DNA of 64,000 nt from Deltaproteobacteria bacterium (GTDB taxonomy: Bacteria; Desulfobacterota; BSN033; WVXP01), in assembly GCA_019308905.1 (NCBI GenBank), contig JAFDHF010000002.1, positions 75,854 through 139,853 on the forward strand, written 5' to 3'. The position numbers were made by a program, and so were the translations under genes. The notes beneath the pieces were generated by a model, which was not told the DNA's origin, made no database searches, and saw only the letters and a list, made by a program, of their open reading frames with translations. Shown here piece after piece: positions 10,260 through 18,659 of the stretch (position 1 is its first letter; every line of letters begins with the position of its first letter).

Positions 10260-11236
10260 AGGAACGGGAAGAAACCAGCCTGGTAGTCTTGAGGGACCTG
10301 AGAAAGCATTACCCGGTCCAGCACGGCCTTTTTTCGAGGACCCGGGCCGCGGTCAAGGCCGTCGACGGGGTCTCCCTTTCAATAATGAGAGGCGAAACAC
10401 TGGGGCTCGTCGGTGAAAGCGGATGCGGCAAATCCACCCTGGGGAGACTCATTCTGAGGTTTGAAGAACCTACAACAGGGAGTATCTACTTTGAAGGCCG
10501 GAACATCCTGGAGTTCGGCAGGAAGCAGATGAGGCATCTCAGGCGGGAAATGCAGATCATCTTTCAAGACCCCTTTTCATCCCTTGATCCGAGAAAGAAA
10601 GTCTCCAGTATACTGGCGGAGCCCTTCATTGTCCACAAGCTGGTCGCCAACAAAAGGGAGAGACAAGAGAAGGTTCTGAAACTGATGGAACTGGTGGGGC
10701 TGAGACCGGACCAGTCGAACCGCTATCCCCAGGAGTTCAGCGGCGGCCAGAGGCAGAGAATCGGAATAGCAAGGGCCCTGGCCCTGAATCCCAAACTGAT
10801 AATCGCCGATGAACCCATCTCCTCACTCGATCTTTCTATCCAAGCACAAGTCGTCAATCTGCTTGTGGATCTTCAGTTGAGGCTCGGGCTGACATATCTC
10901 TTTATCTCCCATGACCTGAGAGTGGTCCACCACGTAAGCGACAGGGTTGCGGTGATGTACCTCGGCAAGATCGTTGAATTGGCCGATGGAGAGACCCTGT
11001 ACAACGATCCTGTCCATCCATATTCGGAAGCACTCGTGGGATCCGCTCCTATTCCCAACCCGAAAGTGAAAAGGAAAAAGATCCTTCTTGAAGGAGACGT
11101 TCCGAGCCCGATCAACCCGCCTTCGGGATGCCGTTTCCACACGAGATGCCCCATACGAAAGGATCTCTGCTCAAGAGAGGACCCCCCCCTCGAACCGAGG
11201 GCAAACGGATCCATTGTGGCTTGCCATTTCAGATGA
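10232..11236 (+). CDS. ABC transporter ATP-binding protein (DppF/OppF-like)
   Basis: Walker A (GESGCGKST), signature (FSGGQRQR), and a cysteine-rich C-terminal region. Confidence 0.9.
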   Translation: MLEGIGRSMKEREETSLVVLRDLRKHYPVQHGLFSRTRAAVKAVDGVSLSIMRGETLGLVGESGCGKSTLGRLILRFEEPTTGSIYFEGRNILEFGRKQMRHLRREMQIIFQDPFSSLDPRKKVSSILAEPFIVHKLVANKRERQEKVLKLMELVGLRPDQSNRYPQEFSGGQRQRIGIARALALNPKLIIADEPISSLDLSIQAQVVNLLVDLQLRLGLTYLFISHDLRVVHHVSDRVAVMYLGKIVELADGETLYNDPVHPYSEALVGSAPIPNPKVKRKKILLEGDVPSPINPPSGCRFHTRCPIRKDLCSREDPPLEPRANGSIVACHFR

Positions 11237-11277
11237 CTTCACTGGGGCGTGCCTAGGGAATGTCCCCAAGAAAATTG

Positions 11278-11306
11278 TTGACAAGAGAGTCCGCCCAGTA
11301 TATGAT
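11278..11306 (+). promoter_or_regulatory. sigma70-like promoter (TTGACA, 17 nt spacer, TATGAT) driving the riboswitch-btuB transcript
   Basis: Hexamers read directly from the sequence: TTGACA 11278-11283 and TATGAT 11301-11306. Confidence 0.5.
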
Positions 11307-11319
11307 ATGGGTGTGACAA

Positions 11320-11480
11320 GGTAAGCGGATGCTTTGGGTGTAGGGAAGACGGTTGGAAGCCGTCGCGGACCCGCCGCTGTGAGTGGGGACGAAAGCCACA
11401 CAGAGTGCCACTGTTCCGCGTGAGCGGAGCGGGAAGGCGTGGTGAGTAGGACGATCCACGAGCCAGAAAACCTGCCCAAG
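11320..11480 (+). ncRNA. cobalamin (adenosylcobalamin) riboswitch aptamer
   Basis: Contains GGGAAG...GGTTGGAAGCCG...CCCGCCGCTGTGAG...GCCACTG and the B12 box AGCCAGAAAACCTGCC (11461-11476). It lies upstream of a TonB-dependent receptor gene. Confidence 0.75.
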
Positions 11481-11533
11481 GCGTTTCTCCATGAAGATTC
11501 CTCGAGGAGTGGGAAAATGGAGTGGGCCAACAG

Positions 11534-11576
11534 AGAAAGCCTGATCTTCGTCGGGGATCAGGCTTTCTTTTTCTGA
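11534..11576 (+). terminator. intrinsic terminator / riboswitch expression-platform attenuator (agaaagcctgatc ... gatcaggctttct followed by a TTTTCT tract)
   Basis: 13-bp inverted repeat followed by a T-tract, between the aptamer and the btuB-like start codon. Confidence 0.6.
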
Positions 11577-11726
11577 AATCGCCGCCAACTCTCTCCTGTT
11601 GTCAAACTCCTCTGCCCGAATCTTCGACCGGTCGTACCCAGCCGGATGGTTCATCCGCCCTCAGTGGGAGGAATCTCTCCGGCTCCGTGCAGGACAGTGT
11701 AAAACTCGAAAAAGGAGGAACAGAAC

Positions 11727-13838
11727 ATGAAGCCATCGCACAACCCCACACGTCCGCCGAAATCGACGGCCCGACCCGCCCACCCTTCACGGCACGGCAG
11801 GAGTCCGAAATCCCTTGCAAGGGGCCTCCTGGCACTCGCCTGTGCAGGGAGCCTCGCGCTGGCCCTGGATTCCACACCCTCTCCGGCCCAGGAGCCCGAT
11901 GAGAAGTCGGAGGTCCCCGTACTTCGCGAGGTTGTCGTAACGGCGACGAGACGGCAGGAAGAGATCCGGAAGGTCCCGGGCAACGTCACCGTCATCACCG
12001 AGAAGGACATAGAGAACTGGGAGACGATGACCGTGGCCGATCTGCTCCGGTCACAGGAAGGGATCGTGGTGAGAGATCTCCTGGGAAACGGAAAGGCCGC
12101 CCAGGTGGACCTCCGTGGATTCGGGGAGACAGCGCCCTTCAACACCCTCGTCCTGGTTGACGGGAGACGGGTCAACGAGATCGATCTGAGCGGTGTCGAT
12201 TGGACCCAGATCCCTCTGGATCAGGTGGAGCGCTTGGAGATCGTCCGGGGCACCGGAAGCGTCCTGTACGGGGACAACGCGGTTGGTGGAGTGATCAATA
12301 TCATCACCAAATCCCCTGAGGGAAAACCTTCGGCCATGATCGGCGGCGTCGGCGGAAGTTACGGGCGCAACGGGGCCAAAGCCTCTGTCGGCGGCGGGAC
12401 CGAGAAAATCGCGGCCTCTTTGACCGGCAGCTATGACGCAACAAGCGGATACAGGGACAACGAAGACTTCCGGAGAGGGGATGTCGGAGGAAAGGTCATC
12501 TACGATGTGACCGACGCTATCAGCCTCAACCTTACCGGATCCTATCACCGTGACGAATACGGTCTGCCGGGCCCACTCACGGAAGCAGAAGTCGAGGTGG
12601 ACAGGCGGTCCACCAGCAGGCCCCTCGACAATGCCAGAACCAGGGACGGGTACCTGAAGCTCGGCACGGATTGGGATCTGGGAGAGTACGGGCGAATCGT
12701 GGCGGACCTCTCGTACAGGGACCGGAACAACAGGGACGAGTTCGTCAGCTATTCGTCGGCTTCGGATCGGGATACCGCAACCTGGGCCTTCACCCCTCGA
12801 TACATCTGGGACGGAGAGATCACGGACCGCCCAAACACCCTCACCGCAGGAATCGATATCTATGCATCCGACCTGGACGCGGATTTTTTCTTTGGAACGC
12901 CCCTTGCTCCCTCGGGCTTTTCCAGGATCGAAAAGGATTCCTACGGGTTTTATGCGAGCGATGAATTTTCCCTGTCCGACAACCTCATCCTTTCCCTGGG
13001 TGCCCGGCACGAAGAGGTCAAGTACGATCTCGAACAGGAGGATTTCCTCTTCGGCCTCGTCCCCCTGGATGAAACAGTGAAAGACTCTGCAAATGCATAC
13101 ACCGCAGGACTCACCCTCCTCTACGGCAAAGGATCCTCCGCCTTTGTCCGAGTCAACCAGAGTTTTCGATTTCCCCTCACGGATGAACTCGTCGTCTTTG
13201 ATTTCGTGAATACGGGAAGCATTCGGATAAATTCCGACATCAAGCCTCAGATCGGCCATCACCTCGATATAGGGGTGAGACACTTCTTCACCCCCGACGT
13301 GCAAGCCAACGTCACCCTCTTCCACGCGGAGATCGAGGACGAGATCTTTTTCAATCCGCTGACCTACACCAACGAGAACTATCCGGAAACCCTGCACCAG
13401 GGCATCGAGGTCGGAGCGAGGGCGCAACTGCTCAAGAAGATTACGGTTTTCGGAAACTATACCTACGAGAAGGCGACCTTCGAGAAGGGTTCCTTCAGCG
13501 GCAACGACATACCCGCCGTACCGAGACACAAGGCAAACCTCGGACTCAAGATCAGTGATTTCGCCCCTGGACTTACCTTCGCTGCCGACTACAACTACGT
13601 GGGCTCGAGCTACCTCATCAGCGACGTCGCCAACGATTCGTCCAAGCTCGATGCTTATTTCACGGTCAATGCCAGGCTCACCTACAACTGGAAATGGCTC
13701 AGGGCCTATGCCGGCGTGAACAACGCGACAGACGAAAAGTACTCCGAATACGGCGTGGTCTCAGGTTTCTCTCAGACCTCTTACTTCTATCCCGCCCCTG
13801 GAAGGAACTGGGTGGCGGGCATCGAGGCCAGCTTTTAA
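11727..13838 (+). CDS. btuB: TonB-dependent outer-membrane receptor, BtuB-like (probable corrinoid transporter)
   Basis: Signal peptide, TonB box (EVVVTAT), plug domain, 22-strand barrel ending in a C-terminal aromatic residue (…GIEASF), and a cobalamin riboswitch upstream. Confidence 0.85.
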   Translation: MKPSHNPTRPPKSTARPAHPSRHGRSPKSLARGLLALACAGSLALALDSTPSPAQEPDEKSEVPVLREVVVTATRRQEEIRKVPGNVTVITEKDIENWETMTVADLLRSQEGIVVRDLLGNGKAAQVDLRGFGETAPFNTLVLVDGRRVNEIDLSGVDWTQIPLDQVERLEIVRGTGSVLYGDNAVGGVINIITKSPEGKPSAMIGGVGGSYGRNGAKASVGGGTEKIAASLTGSYDATSGYRDNEDFRRGDVGGKVIYDVTDAISLNLTGSYHRDEYGLPGPLTEAEVEVDRRSTSRPLDNARTRDGYLKLGTDWDLGEYGRIVADLSYRDRNNRDEFVSYSSASDRDTATWAFTPRYIWDGEITDRPNTLTAGIDIYASDLDADFFFGTPLAPSGFSRIEKDSYGFYASDEFSLSDNLILSLGARHEEVKYDLEQEDFLFGLVPLDETVKDSANAYTAGLTLLYGKGSSAFVRVNQSFRFPLTDELVVFDFVNTGSIRINSDIKPQIGHHLDIGVRHFFTPDVQANVTLFHAEIEDEIFFNPLTYTNENYPETLHQGIEVGARAQLLKKITVFGNYTYEKATFEKGSFSGNDIPAVPRHKANLGLKISDFAPGLTFAADYNYVGSSYLISDVANDSSKLDAYFTVNARLTYNWKWLRAYAGVNNATDEKYSEYGVVSGFSQTSYFYPAPGRNWVAGIEASF

Positions 13839-13866
13839 CACCTCCAGTCCATGAAAGGGAAAAAAC

Positions 13867-14190
13867 ATGCCTGACACAGATCGAGAGGGAATCGAGGAAG
13901 TATTCGTCATCAAGACCGAGGAGATCGATTTTTTCGGTGCCCTGGTCAGGGAGAAAGGAGGGAAGTCGGCTGTCAGCGGCAGGGTCTGGTTCCGTGGCGG
14001 CACCAGGTGGTACTTCGCTTCACGGGGGGGCGAGCGGGGCGATCTGAGAGAGAGGCTGGCAGGGCTGTCCGAGAACGTGGCATCCCTTTACGGCACGCAC
14101 GTCTTCTGCCTGAAGTTCAGCCGGACCATGGACTACCGGGGATTCATCCGTCGATTGCGAGAAGCCAAACAGGCAATGGCCCGCGCATAG
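13867..14190 (+). CDS. small hypothetical protein (107 aa) co-transcribed with the btuB-like gene
   Basis: Good ribosome-binding site 28 nt after the btuB-like stop. No recognisable family and no transmembrane segment. Confidence 0.4.
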   Translation: MPDTDREGIEEVFVIKTEEIDFFGALVREKGGKSAVSGRVWFRGGTRWYFASRGGERGDLRERLAGLSENVASLYGTHVFCLKFSRTMDYRGFIRRLREAKQAMARA

Positions 14191-14198
14191 AAAAGGAC

Positions 14199-14939
14199 TC
14201 ACGGGTTCAAGGCAACCACAAGGCCGAGGGAAAGGACCTCGGACAGCTCATCCGCTGCTCCCAGGACGTCGCCCGTGATGCCTCCCAGTCTGTGGTGGAA
14301 GTAGAGACGAATCCCACGGCTCAACAGTACGTTGGCTGCCAGAACCGCCACTCCCTTAAGGCCGAACAGCCCCACCGCGGCTGCCAGGGCGGAAAAGGTG
14401 GAAACCACGATCTCTCTTCTGCCCACTCCCAGGGCAAAGGGGCGGGCGAGTCCTCCTTCTGGCCGAGCATAGGAGGAACCATGGATTACCTGGACCATGG
14501 ACCACCGGCCGAGGGTGGCCATCAGGATCAAGGAGCGGTCCAGGATCGACCAGGGAGTCTCTGCAATAAGGGTGAGCTTGAGGAGGAGAATGCACACCAG
14601 GCCCACGGCTCCAAAGGCCCCTACCCGGCTGTCCCGCATGATCCTGAGTCTCTCTTGCCTGGTCCTGCCGCTTCTCAGACCGTCGATCGTGTCCGAGAGG
14701 CCGTCCAGATGCAGCGCCCCCGTGACCAGCACAAGAGCCACCACCAGGAGCACCGCCACGACCCTCTGGGGGAAGAAGAGAAGGAACAGGTGCCTGGAAG
14801 CGACCAAAATCAGCCCGATGCAAAAGCCCACAAGGGGATAGTAGGCCATGGACCGCGCCATCTCCAGGTCGGAGAAGCCGGTGCGTCCCGGAACGGGGAT
14901 AACGGTAAGGAATCGGACTGCAGCCACGAATTCTCTCAT
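14199..14939 (-). CDS. cobS: adenosylcobinamide-GDP ribazoletransferase (cobalamin 5'-phosphate synthase)
   Basis: The MREFVAAVRFLTVIPVP N-terminus is typical of CobS, and the protein is polytopic. The true start is the internal ATG at 14937-14939, not the longer ORF listed in the track. Confidence 0.8.
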   Translation of the reverse strand: MREFVAAVRFLTVIPVPGRTGFSDLEMARSMAYYPLVGFCIGLILVASRHLFLLFFPQRVVAVLLVVALVLVTGALHLDGLSDTIDGLRSGRTRQERLRIMRDSRVGAFGAVGLVCILLLKLTLIAETPWSILDRSLILMATLGRWSMVQVIHGSSYARPEGGLARPFALGVGRREIVVSTFSALAAAVGLFGLKGVAVLAANVLLSRGIRLYFHHRLGGITGDVLGAADELSEVLSLGLVVALNP

Positions 14940-15475
14940 CCCTTGTCCTTTACGACCAAGGGGATCCCTGCAACCATCAGGACAACCCTGTCGGCCGCTT
15001 GGGCGACTCTCTGATTGAGCCTCCCTGCCAAGTCCCTGAAAGAACGGGCCAGCGGATTCTCGGGTACGACTCCCCACCCCACCTCGTTGGAAACCAAAAC
15101 TACGGGGATCTTTGTGGTCTTCAAAGACCCGACCAAGCCCTCGAGCCTCTCTTCCATGCCGTCCTTGTCCTCGCGGTAGGTCATCAGCAGGTTGGAAACC
15201 CATAGGGTGAGGCAGTCGATCAGGACCACGCTGTACCTGTCCTGAGCCTCGGAGAGGACCCTTGCGATCTCCAGCGGCTCTTCCCTGGTCTCCCACAGAT
15301 CTCCACGCTCACGCCTGTGATTCTCGATTCTTTCTGCCATCTCACGGTCGAGGGCCTGGGCCGTGGCGACGAAGAGTCTCTTCCCCTGAAAGGCCTCTCC
15401 TATCTCCCGGGCATACAGGCTCTTGCCGCTCCGGGCGGCCCCCAGTACGAGAATGACCCGAGGGGTGCCTCCCAT
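14936..15475 (-). CDS. cobU: bifunctional adenosylcobinamide kinase / adenosylcobinamide-phosphate guanylyltransferase
   Basis: P-loop (GAARSGKS) and CobU/CobP length. Its stop overlaps the cobS start (ATGA). A GGAGG ribosome-binding site precedes the ATG at 15475. Confidence 0.85.
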   Translation of the reverse strand: MGGTPRVILVLGAARSGKSLYAREIGEAFQGKRLFVATAQALDREMAERIENHRRERGDLWETREEPLEIARVLSEAQDRYSVVLIDCLTLWVSNLLMTYREDKDGMEERLEGLVGSLKTTKIPVVLVSNEVGWGVVPENPLARSFRDLAGRLNQRVAQAADRVVLMVAGIPLVVKDKG

Positions 15476-15513
15476 GGGGTCGCCTCCGGCTCTCCTGTCG
15501 TCTCCCATCTCCG

Positions 15514-16218
15514 CTACCTCTTCCACCCACCGAAGCGGGCCGCTCTCCCGCGGGAATCCCGGCCTCCCGGTGATTTATCTTCGCCCAGACGCGACCGAAT
15601 CCCGCTGGTAACCGCCTGTCTTACCGCTTGACCGATCAACGAGCCTATGGGAGTATGTTTCCCCGCATATCTCTCACCCCTTCTCCTCCATGGAGAAGCC
15701 ACTGCGATGCAGTCCGTACCCGTTCCCGTGGCGGGTCTTCCACTGACTCGACTCTTGAGGAGTGAATCCATGAAAGCGGCGGTTCGCGCCTCGGCCGCGA
15801 GGGAGACGACCTCAACCATGGCCCCCCTGGAGAGAGGCACGGAGACATGACACAAGAGATTGACGGTTCCGACTACCCCTCCTGTGCCGGGGGGATCCCC
15901 CACGGCAAGAGCGTTCGAGAGGCCAACCGTGGCGATACAGCCCACCGTCAGTGACCCGTCAGACCTTCTTACGTCCTGATATCCCTTCAGGTCGGTGCCG
16001 GTCATCATGCCCACGCCACAGGAAAGACGCGCCTCCTTGAGGCGCCTCCTCAGCAGACGAACCGGATCCACGTCCGGTCCCAGTTCCCCTTCTTTCACCT
16101 GCAGCCAGGCCAAGCTCCTGCTCTTTCTAAACCCGCCGCCCACGACGGCCCAGCTCAAGATCCGCATCTCCTCTCCGAACCGGACGACCAGGAACCGACC
16201 TCTTTTCTCGACAACCAT
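15514..16218 (-). CDS. cbiZ: probable adenosylcobinamide amidohydrolase (CbiZ family)
   Basis: About 230 aa, lying between cobD and cobU in a cobinamide salvage operon. The assignment rests on size, context and weak motif similarity. Confidence 0.5.
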   Translation of the reverse strand: MVVEKRGRFLVVRFGEEMRILSWAVVGGGFRKSRSLAWLQVKEGELGPDVDPVRLLRRRLKEARLSCGVGMMTGTDLKGYQDVRRSDGSLTVGCIATVGLSNALAVGDPPGTGGVVGTVNLLCHVSVPLSRGAMVEVVSLAAEARTAAFMDSLLKSRVSGRPATGTGTDCIAVASPWRRRGERYAGKHTPIGSLIGQAVRQAVTSGIRSRLGEDKSPGGRDSRGRAARFGGWKR

Positions 16219-16302
16219 AGAGCCGACCCCCTCTCGGCTTGACGATCCTGATCGGTCTGCCCCCGGGAACCGGAACAGGCCGGCAAGACCCTGGAGGATC
16301 CG

Positions 16303-17259
16303 TCAAGACAGAGCCGAAACCAACATAAGTGTCACCGCCACGGCCGCTACCATTGCCAGCGAAACACCGAACATGATTCCGATGCTTTCCCCGGCCCTCT
16401 GAACAGAGACGGGCTCAAAGGCCTTCCCGATGTAGGGTTTCTGAAGGACCTCCCCGAAATACACGGACGGCCCCCCGAGTCGAATCCCGAGTGCCCCTGC
16501 CACGGCTGCCTCGGGAAAGCCGGCGTTGGGACTCTCATGGTTCCTTCCTTCTCTCCAGGCGGTTTCCAGTGCCTTCTTCCAGTCTCTCCCGAGAACAAAG
16601 GAGACCCACACTATCAGAAGGGCCGTGATCCTGGAAGGCAGGAAGTTGGCCGCGTCGTCCAGCCTGGCCGAGGCCCATCCGAAATCGAGGTACCTGGAGT
16701 TGCGATACCCCACCATCGAATCGAGGGTGTTCACCGCCTTGTAGGCCAGGGCCAGAGCCGGCCCGCCTATTCCGAGGTAGAAAAGGGGAGCCACGATACC
16801 GTCGGAGGTATTCTCTGCAACCGTCTCCACAACCGCACGACAGATCTCCGAATCATCGAGATGCCGCGTGTCCCGGCTCACCAGCCCTGCCAGGCGCTTC
16901 CTGGCTCCCGTCGTGTCACCGGCCCCCAGGCGCTCGACCACACTCGAAGCCTCTCTGCCCAGGCTTCGCGTGGCGAGAGTAGTGTAAGCCAAAAAGATGG
17001 AGACCGCCACTCCCAATCTCCAGTCATAGCACCGTGCGAGCCTCAATGAACCTTCTGCAAGAACCCAGGTTCCACCCACGACCAGGCCTACCAGCACACA
17101 GCCCGCCCATTTCTTGCCTCTCTCGGTCAAACCCGGGCGCAAGAGCAGTCTCTCCGACAAAGCGATCCCCTTCCCCATCATCACGACCGGGTGGGGCAAC
17201 CACCTGGGATCACCGAAGATCAGATCGGCGAGGTAGGCGATAATGATCTGGCCGGTCAT
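16303..17259 (-). CDS. cobD: adenosylcobinamide-phosphate synthase (CobD/CbiB)
   Basis: Integral membrane CobD/CbiB signature (LIFGDPRWLPHPV...). ATGA overlap with the cobT stop. Confidence 0.85.
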   Translation of the reverse strand: MTGQIIIAYLADLIFGDPRWLPHPVVMMGKGIALSERLLLRPGLTERGKKWAGCVLVGLVVGGTWVLAEGSLRLARCYDWRLGVAVSIFLAYTTLATRSLGREASSVVERLGAGDTTGARKRLAGLVSRDTRHLDDSEICRAVVETVAENTSDGIVAPLFYLGIGGPALALAYKAVNTLDSMVGYRNSRYLDFGWASARLDDAANFLPSRITALLIVWVSFVLGRDWKKALETAWREGRNHESPNAGFPEAAVAGALGIRLGGPSVYFGEVLQKPYIGKAFEPVSVQRAGESIGIMFGVSLAMVAAVAVTLMLVSALS

Positions 17260-18323
17260 CCCTTCTTCCCGCTCACGCCCGCCTCCTCGAAGGTGGCCAT
17301 CTCGTTGTAAAGCCTCAGGGCCGCATCCACCAATTGGATGCCGAGAGCAGCCCCGGTTCCCTCGCCCAGCCGCATGGAGAGATCCAGCACCGGGCGGATG
17401 CCTATCCGGTCGAGCATGACCCTGTGGCCGATCTCGGCCGAACTGTGAGAAGCGAAAATGTAAGCCTTGATCCTGGGGTTCATCTCAGTGGCGATAAGAA
17501 TCCCGGCCGTGGAGATCAGCCCGTCGGCGACGACCGGAATGCGATTGGCGGAAGCCCCGATGGCGACACCCGTGATACCCGCGATCTCGAATCCCCCCAG
17601 TTTGGCCAAGACATCCAGAGGATCCCGAGGATCAGGCCTGTTCACACTGAGAGCCCTCTCCACGACCTCGATCTTCTTCTCCAATCCTCGGTCGTCGACA
17701 CCCGTACCCCTGCCCGTCACCTCTCTCGCGGGAAGACCGGCTACGGCGGCTATGATCGCACTGCTCGGCGTCGTATTGCCGATTCCCATATCGCCCACGC
17801 CGATGATGTCCACCCCTTCCCTTTTCACCTCTTCGACGATCTCGATTCCCGCCAGTACCGCCTCGAGGGCCTGCCTGGCTGTCATGGCCGGCCCCTTGGT
17901 GATGTTCGCCGTCCCCCTTGCCACCCTTCTTATGACCAGACCCTCGACAGGCTCGAAATCATGGTCTACACCCATATCAACCACGTAGAGACGGGCCCCG
18001 ATGAATCGGGCCAGAACACTTATGGCCGCCCCCTTGTGGAGAAAATTACGAACCATCTGGGAGGTCACCTCCTTGGGATAGAGGCTCACCTCCTCCTCGG
18101 CCACCCCATGATCCCCCGCGAGGATGAGGATGGTCTTGCGGTTGATCGCAGGTCGAAGCTCCTGCTTGACGGCCACGTAGTGCCTCACGAATTCCTCCAG
18201 GCGGCCAAGGCTCCCCCGGGGTTTTGTGAGACTGTCCAGGCGCTTCTGTGCTTCTTCCAGGAATTCATCCTTCAGGGGCTCGACCCGTGCCAGATACTCT
18301 TCTATTTTTTCCCGCAGTTCCAC
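17256..18323 (-). CDS. cobT: nicotinate-nucleotide--dimethylbenzimidazole phosphoribosyltransferase
   Basis: The CobT fold shows clear homology across its length (e.g. GDMGIGNTT). GTG start with an AAGGAG ribosome-binding site. Confidence 0.85.
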   Translation of the reverse strand: MELREKIEEYLARVEPLKDEFLEEAQKRLDSLTKPRGSLGRLEEFVRHYVAVKQELRPAINRKTILILAGDHGVAEEEVSLYPKEVTSQMVRNFLHKGAAISVLARFIGARLYVVDMGVDHDFEPVEGLVIRRVARGTANITKGPAMTARQALEAVLAGIEIVEEVKREGVDIIGVGDMGIGNTTPSSAIIAAVAGLPAREVTGRGTGVDDRGLEKKIEVVERALSVNRPDPRDPLDVLAKLGGFEIAGITGVAIGASANRIPVVADGLISTAGILIATEMNPRIKAYIFASHSSAEIGHRVMLDRIGIRPVLDLSMRLGEGTGAALGIQLVDAALRLYNEMATFEEAGVSGKKG

Positions 18324-18376
18324 TTCCTGCTCCTTTCCCCCGAAGAACTCCCAGGGAAGCGTCGCCTAACAGAGTG

Positions 18377-18428
18377 GACAAAAGATAAGGGCTTCGACGG
18401 ACTATCAAGCATCCCCGTCGGAGCCCTT
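18377..18428 (-). terminator. putative attenuator hairpin in the expression platform of the second cobalamin riboswitch
   Basis: On the minus-strand RNA: GGGCTCCGACGG...CCGTCGAAGCCC (one mismatch) followed by a TTATCTTTTGT tract, lying between the aptamer and the cobT start. Confidence 0.4.
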
Positions 18429-18439
18429 TGCCATCGAGT

Positions 18440-18622
18440 CCCGATCGACATCCCTCTGCAGCAGGTCTTCTGGCTCTCGGATCTTCCTTTGGGCTGCGGC
18501 CTTCCCGTCAGGGTGAACCCTGGCAGTGACGCGAGACGGGCGATCGCCCGGCAGCCTTCAGTCCCCGATCACAGCGGCGGGACCGCCGCGGATTTCCACC
18601 GCGTTCCGGGATGCTGCAAGGG
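18440..18622 (-). ncRNA. cobalamin riboswitch aptamer (second copy, minus strand) leading the cobT-cobD-cbiZ-cobU-cobS operon
   Basis: The minus-strand RNA carries GGTGGAAATCCGCGG...CCCGCCGCTGTGA...GTCACTGCC and the B12 box AGCCAGAAGACCTGC. The core resembles riboswitch 1 (shared CCCGCCGCTGTGA...GGGGAC). Confidence 0.7.
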
Positions 18623-18630
18623 AAATTCAT

Positions 18631-18658
18631 CTTATGATGCTTTCCCGCTCCTTGTCAA
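18631..18658 (-). promoter_or_regulatory. candidate sigma70 promoter for the riboswitch-cob operon (TTGACA, 16-17 nt spacer, CATAAG/ATAAGA)
   Basis: Hexamers read on the minus strand. They overlap the 3' end of the convergent aldehyde dehydrogenase gene. Confidence 0.35.
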
Positions 18659-18659
18659 G

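Noticed and set aside
14199-15296. 365-aa ORF suggesting a CobS fused to an N-terminal extension
   Set aside because: The N-terminal 119 residues are out-of-context Arg/Gly-rich sequence overlapping cobU. An internal ATG at 14937-14939 gives a normal 247-aa CobS whose start overlaps the cobU stop (ATGA). It is an ORF-caller extension, not a fusion. The same logic was applied to the starts at 18660..20297, 20165..22279, 25569..26975, 26948..28732, 35313..37268, 38007..39314, 42755..43714, 44508..45977 and 48846..50504.
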